Source: Pirellulales bacterium (GTDB taxonomy: Bacteria > Planctomycetota > Planctomycetia > Pirellulales > UBA1268). From it: a DNA stretch of 44,478 bases. This document shows positions 42,712 through 44,478 of this stretch, one piece after another. The notes beneath the pieces were generated by a model. That model saw only the letters and a list, made by a program, of their open reading frames with translations, had not been told where the DNA came from and did no database searches. Within the stretch, counting starts at the first letter, position 1, and every line of letters starts with the position of its first letter. The stretch lies in the NCBI GenBank assembly GCA_044344765.1, contig JBIJCJ010000002.1:1-44478 (forward strand), in the 5' to 3' direction. The translations under genes were made by a program, and so were the position numbers.

Positions 42712-44478
42712 TCACGCCTCGGGCTTGGGGAGCGCCGCCTCGAGGGTTTCGAGCCGCACGCGGTCCGTGGATGAGAGCCGGGCCGGCCGCAGTTGCTGCT
42801 TGCGGGCCGCCTCGAGAGACCGTGATGCGGCAGCGGCATCACCGGCCTGGAGTTGGGCGCAGGCGAGGTGCATCAGCTTCGTCGCCGTGGGCTGGAGCAC
42901 GGCTTCCTGAAGATCCTTCAGCGCTGCGCGGACATCCCCCGCGGCCAACGCGACGAGGCCGCGGGTATCGAGCAGGTCGGGGTGCGGCCCGAGTTCGGCG
43001 ATCGCCTTGTCCACCAGCGAGCGGGCCTCGGCGGCCGTGTCCGGCTTGGCGAGATGAAAGGCGAGATTGTTGGTGACGATCGCCGCCTGCATGGGCTCCA
43101 GTCGTGGCCGGGCCAACAGCTCCCGATAGAGGCCCTCGGCGTCGGCCTGGCGGCCCTGGAAGTCGCGGAGCTCGGCGAGCAGCAGTGGCAGCGCGACGGA
43201 CTCGGGATCCTGCCGAATTGCCTTGGCGAACCAGGCGTCGATGCGGTCGGCTGCCGCCTGGTCCTCACCGTCGCGCACCGCCTCGATTGCGACCTGCATC
43301 AGCCGCTCGAGCGGCACTTTGTCGCCCACCTGCTCGAGAAGGTCCAGGGCCTCGCCGGTCCGCTTCTGCCGGCCGAGGAAAGCCGCCCGCGTCAGCGCGC
43401 CTTCGGTCGACAGCCCGGCGAGCTGGGCGAGCACCTTGTCGGCCGCCTTGGCGAAGCCGAGGTCCTCGAACAGTTTGGCGGTGGTCGTCAGCTGCTCCTT
43501 CTGCTCGACGGTCGCGTCGGCCGCCGGCATCAGCTTGCGGGCTGCGGACACCGCCGTCTCGCGGTCGCCCGTGGCGATCGCGAGCCTGGCCTCGACGGCG
43601 CGGGTCATCGGCGACTCCGGCGCGACGCCCTGGAGCCGCCGGATCCAGGTGCGGGCCGTGCTGATTTCGCCATGGTCGAGCATCTTCTCGACGAGCATCG
43701 CCAGGATGGCCGGCGGCGTCTGCGGGGCGGACGCGATCGAGATCAGGCCAGTGCGGCAGTCCTCCCAGTTTCCGGTTCGCTCCTGAAGCTGCGCGAGCTG
43801 GAGCCGCTGGCCCATCGACAGCGGCTGCATCGTCGCCAGCGTCTGGAAGGCCTCGATGCCCGCCCGCCAGTTGACCGGCTCCGGACGCGCGGCGAGGAGC
43901 CGCGCCTTGAGGGCGATGTCGTCCGCCGTGAGCTGCCCATTGACGTCGGCGTTCTTCTGCAAGGTTTGCAACGCCGCTTCGAACGCCCGAAACGTGCCCC
44001 GTTGGCCCACCATCTCGGCGACCATGCGGCGGGCCCACATCTGCGCCGCTTGTGCGTCCCGGGAATCGGTCCGGGCGGCCACGATCGCATCCAGCGTCTC
44101 GCGGGCCGGGGCGAGCCGGCCGCAGCGGAGGAGGAACTCCGCCAGCCGGCGGGCGACGGCGAGATCCTGGGGGACGGCCGTCACCGCCGCGCGGAAGAAA
44201 CGCTCGGCATCATCGAGCCGCCCGAGCATTTCGCTGCCCTGTGCCAGCGCGAGGTCGCGCTGCGGTTCCTGGAGTTTGTCGGCCGCCCGCTCGAGCGTCT
44301 GCTCCGCGGCCTTGCGCTTGCCCTGGGCGAGCTGGAGCGAGCACAGCGTGAGCCACGTCTCGGGCCGATTCGGCGCCGCCTCGACGGCCCGCTCGACGAT
44401 CCCCACCGCCTGGTCCCGCTTGCCCGACCGTTCGAGCAACTGCCCGAGCCAGAGCAGCTCGTCGGCGTTCTTCGAGTC
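42712..44478 (-). CDS. large TPR-repeat protein (5' end outside the window)
   Basis: Continuous TPR-like repeats. The frame stays open from 44439 to the window end at 44478. Confidence 0.7.
   Translation of the reverse strand, partial: DSKNADELLWLGQLLERSGKRDQAVGIVERAVEAAPNRPETWLTLCSLQLAQGKRKAAEQTLERAADKLQEPQRDLALAQGSEMLGRLDDAERFFRAAVTAVPQDLAVARRLAEFLLRCGRLAPARETLDAIVAARTDSRDAQAAQMWARRMVAEMVGQRGTFRAFEAALQTLQKNADVNGQLTADDIALKARLLAARPEPVNWRAGIEAFQTLATMQPLSMGQRLQLAQLQERTGNWEDCRTGLISIASAPQTPPAILAMLVEKMLDHGEISTARTWIRRLQGVAPESPMTRAVEARLAIATGDRETAVSAARKLMPAADATVEQKEQLTTTAKLFEDLGFAKAADKVLAQLAGLSTEGALTRAAFLGRQKRTGEALDLLEQVGDKVPLERLMQVAIEAVRDGEDQAAADRIDAWFAKAIRQDPESVALPLLLAELRDFQGRQADAEGLYRELLARPRLEPMQAAIVTNNLAFHLAKPDTAAEARSLVDKAIAELGPHPDLLDTRGLVALAAGDVRAALKDLQEAVLQPTATKLMHLACAQLQAGDAAAASRSLEAARKQQLRPARLSSTDRVRLETLEAALPKPEA

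Overview
This is a 44.5 kb, very GC-rich stretch of bacterial chromosome. The gene content (an ECF sigma factor paired with a Ser/Thr kinase, FliW/CsrA, LpxA and LptF/G, and many GC-rich palindromic intergenic repeats that create long shadow ORFs) suggests a Planctomycetota-like genome, but that is inference only. I call about 45 CDS and found no rRNA, tRNA or CRISPR array.

Gene order, left to right:
- nuoN 3' end, a hypothetical gene, and tatD.
- A ~1.2 kb insertion carrying a TacA/TacT-type toxin-antitoxin pair, bracketed by 39-bp direct repeats that copy the tatD 3' end.
- An ECF sigma factor and membrane Ser/Thr kinase pair.
- An osmoprotectant-type ABC transporter.
- A six-gene, translationally coupled membrane operon: DUF2339, DUF3999-like, radical SAM, two paralogous small membrane proteins, and a divergent Lgt-like transferase.
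- A thioredoxin-like protein, csrA and fliW, an LptF/G permease, comF, hemC, and a NarL-type response regulator.
- xerC, a PIG-L deacetylase, an M32 carboxypeptidase, and an amidase.
- An IS200/RAYT-like HUH transposase, followed by an anomalous AT- and pyrimidine-rich 15-mer array.
- A seven-gene Wsp-like chemosensory operon with no output gene: AmiC/UrtA-like binding protein, dCache MCP, CheW, CheR-TPR, Cys-rich CheW, CheA-REC, CheB.
- A sigma-54 activator with no sensory domain, lpxA, and TPR proteins.

The strongest candidates for undescribed biology are:
1. The radical SAM / Lgt-like / DUF2339-DUF3999 operon.
2. The GGA-rich (minus strand) or CU-rich (plus strand) repeat array beside the RAYT gene, in a genome that encodes CsrA and FliW.
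3. The integrase-less toxin-antitoxin insertion that regenerates the tatD end.
4. The output-less chemosensory cluster.

All functional calls come from reading motifs in the supplied translations. No database search was run.
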